A DNA stretch of 63,973 nucleotides, filler included, from Craspedostauros australis (taxonomy: Eukaryota), in assembly GCA_030167865.1 (NCBI GenBank). It is 16 parts of 16 records of this genome, joined end to end, with 100 filler letters (N's around TTAATTAATTAA, not from the genome) between each part and the next. Parts side by side here need not be neighbours in the genome. Positions count along the whole stretch, not along the records: positions 62,116 to 63,973 come from JALAGF010005039.1; 15 more parts are not named here. One strand, 5' to 3'. Under the pieces are notes generated by a model. That model saw only the letters and a list, made by a program, of their open reading frames with translations. It did no database searches and was not told where the DNA came from. A program made the translations under genes and the position numbers. Shown piece by piece: positions 62,116 to 63,973 of this stretch. Within the stretch, counting starts at the first letter, position 1; every line of letters begins with the position of its first letter.

Positions 62116-63973
62116 TGATGATTGAGTTTGAATTATGAGATGATGATCTCCTATTTCTAAAGATGGTGCCTATTGCACGGTTGCTAACGTGCTGCTCGAC
62201 TACCTCGTGGTTTCTCTCGCAGTCTTTTCTAAAACATTGCCCAAGATGGCATGTCGATCTACACGATAGCTCGTGTTATTCTCGCCTTTGGGTCTTTCTA
62301 CATCTCTGTCTGATCTTGTCTAATCTTGCCTGGTCTTGGCTGGTCTTAGAATCNNNNNNNNNNNNNNNNNNNNNNNNNNNNNNNNNNNNNNNNNNNNNNN
62401 NNNNNNNNNNNNNNNNNNNNNNNNNNNNNNNNNNNNNNNNNNNNNNNNNNNNNNNNNNNNNATGCACCTGGCGTCACTAGACAAGTCAGCATACCATGAC
62501 TATCACTTATTCTTGATTCCTCGGATCTCAGCGACGATCCTCTGATGTCATTCTCTGATGTCAGTGCCTACGTCATATCTGATGACAATAGAACCCGAAC
62601 ACCATTCGCATCATCAAGACTCATTCGACTATACTATCAATCGAGTCGAATCACGTTCCAATCATGTGTGATGTTAGCCTAAATTTCGATCTAGATGTTG
62701 ACACTCCCCTATAGTCGAGAGGTCTTGTTCATCCAGCCATTGTCTCTCCTTTCCAGAACAGAAGCGGCCTCACTAACGGCCAGTACTTTGCCCATGGAAG
62801 GAACTTGGTCATGACGTCGGCTACGTTTTCCGTTCCGTCTATCTTGCAGAAATGCAGGATCTTCGCAGCTACTGCGGCACGCACGCGGTGGTACGCTAGT
62901 GCGTTGTGTCGTTTGGACAACACACTGTTGGGAATGGTAGAGGATGTGATCACGCTCTGGTTGTCTCCGAACATCCAGGCAGGTCCGTCCAACGGAATTC
63001 CCATTGCACGAAGAGTGAGGCGCATCGCAATCACTTGCTCTGTTGCCTGTCTTGCCGCTACGAATTCTGATCCATANNNNNNNNNNNNNNNNNNNNNNNN
63101 NNNNNNNNNNNNNNNNNNNNNNNNNNCTATACTATCAATCGAGTCGAATCACGTTCCAATCATGTGTGATGTTAGCCTAAATTTCGATCTAGATGTTGAC
63201 ACTCCCCTATGGTCGGGAGTCTTGTTCATCCAGCCATTGTCTCTCCTTTCCAGAACAGGAGCGGCCTCACTAACGGCCAGTACTTTGCCCATGGAAGGAA
63301 CTTGGTCATGACGTCGGCTACGTTTTCCGTTCCGTCTATCTTGCAGAAATGCAGGATCTTCGCAGCTACTGCGGCACGCACGCGGTGGTACGCTAGTGCG
63401 TTGTGTCGTTTGGACAACACACTGTTGGGAATGGTGGAGGATGTGATCCCGCTCTGGTTGTCTCTGAACATCCAGGCAGGTCCGTCCAGCGGAATTCCCA
63501 TTGCACGAAGAGTGAGGCGCATCGCAATCACTTGCTCTGTTGCCTGTCTTGCCGCTACGAATTCTGATCCATAGGTTGCAGTCTCGACTGTGGTCTGGCG
63601 CTTGCTGAACCATTCGATGGGTGTCTGGTTGAGCAGATGAAGAACACCAGTTGCAGATTTGCCAGTCACTTTGCAGTGCATGAGGTTGGCATCTACAAAC
63701 GTCGTCATACAAACTGCCTTGCCCTTGGGTGTTGGATCGTCGTCCGCGGTCTCCTCTTCGGCGTCACCATACACAGAGTACATCCATTCATGGTCAGGAA
63801 CCTTGAAGAAGCGCTCATGATCTGGAATTCCCGTTCTGAACCTGATGGCAGCATCAGAACGCTTTCGGAGGTATCCATACACACGTTTAGCGCGGTCCAT
63901 GTGACCAATCCTGGGTTGAGCTCTGAATCTAGACAAAGTCATCACAGCTGCAGCAATATCAAACCGTCCCAAT
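62116..63973 (-). mobile_element. CoDi-like copia RT-RNase H end, PPT and 3' LTR; the 3' part is present twice across an N gap
   Basis: GRFDI..AV.TLSRFR..PR.GH, FVDANL.H...TGKS.TG, WFSKRQ.TVETATYGSEF. AGGGGAG|TGTCAAC at 63201 and 62703. Confidence 0.93.

Overview
Eukaryotic draft-assembly sequence, most likely a diatom (inferred from CoDi-type Ty1/copia elements, an Ambal/L1-like LINE, diatom-style secreted SET, ankyrin and trypsin genes, and short GT-AG introns). It is not one locus. About 16 small scaffolds are joined by an artificial N-TTAATTAATTAA-N spacer (8938, 12903, 16255, 17750, 19060, 20473, 28965, 38456, 40592, 41924, 49876, 52080, 55238, 58010, 62060), so gene neighbourhood means nothing across those points. 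Host genes: a two-exon secreted trypsin, a 1295-aa COG3899-like AAA/STAND ATPase, a secreted Cys-repeat protein, an ankyrin-like protein, a secreted SET + 2OG-Fe(II)-oxygenase-like protein and an ankyrin-BTB protein. Much of the rest is transposon-derived: a Harbinger transposase, several copia Gag/Pol fragments, LINE remnants and MITE/foldback-like repeats. Best candidate for a new system: a spliced ~1,450-1,500-aa piggyBac-type DDD transposase (43433-48581, minus) with a complete YqaJ/lambda-exonuclease domain inserted between its second and third catalytic aspartates. Next are the secreted SET-2OG oxygenase fusion and a copia primer-binding site complementary to the 5' half of tRNA-Lys(CUU). 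All calls come from reading motifs by eye; no database searches were run.
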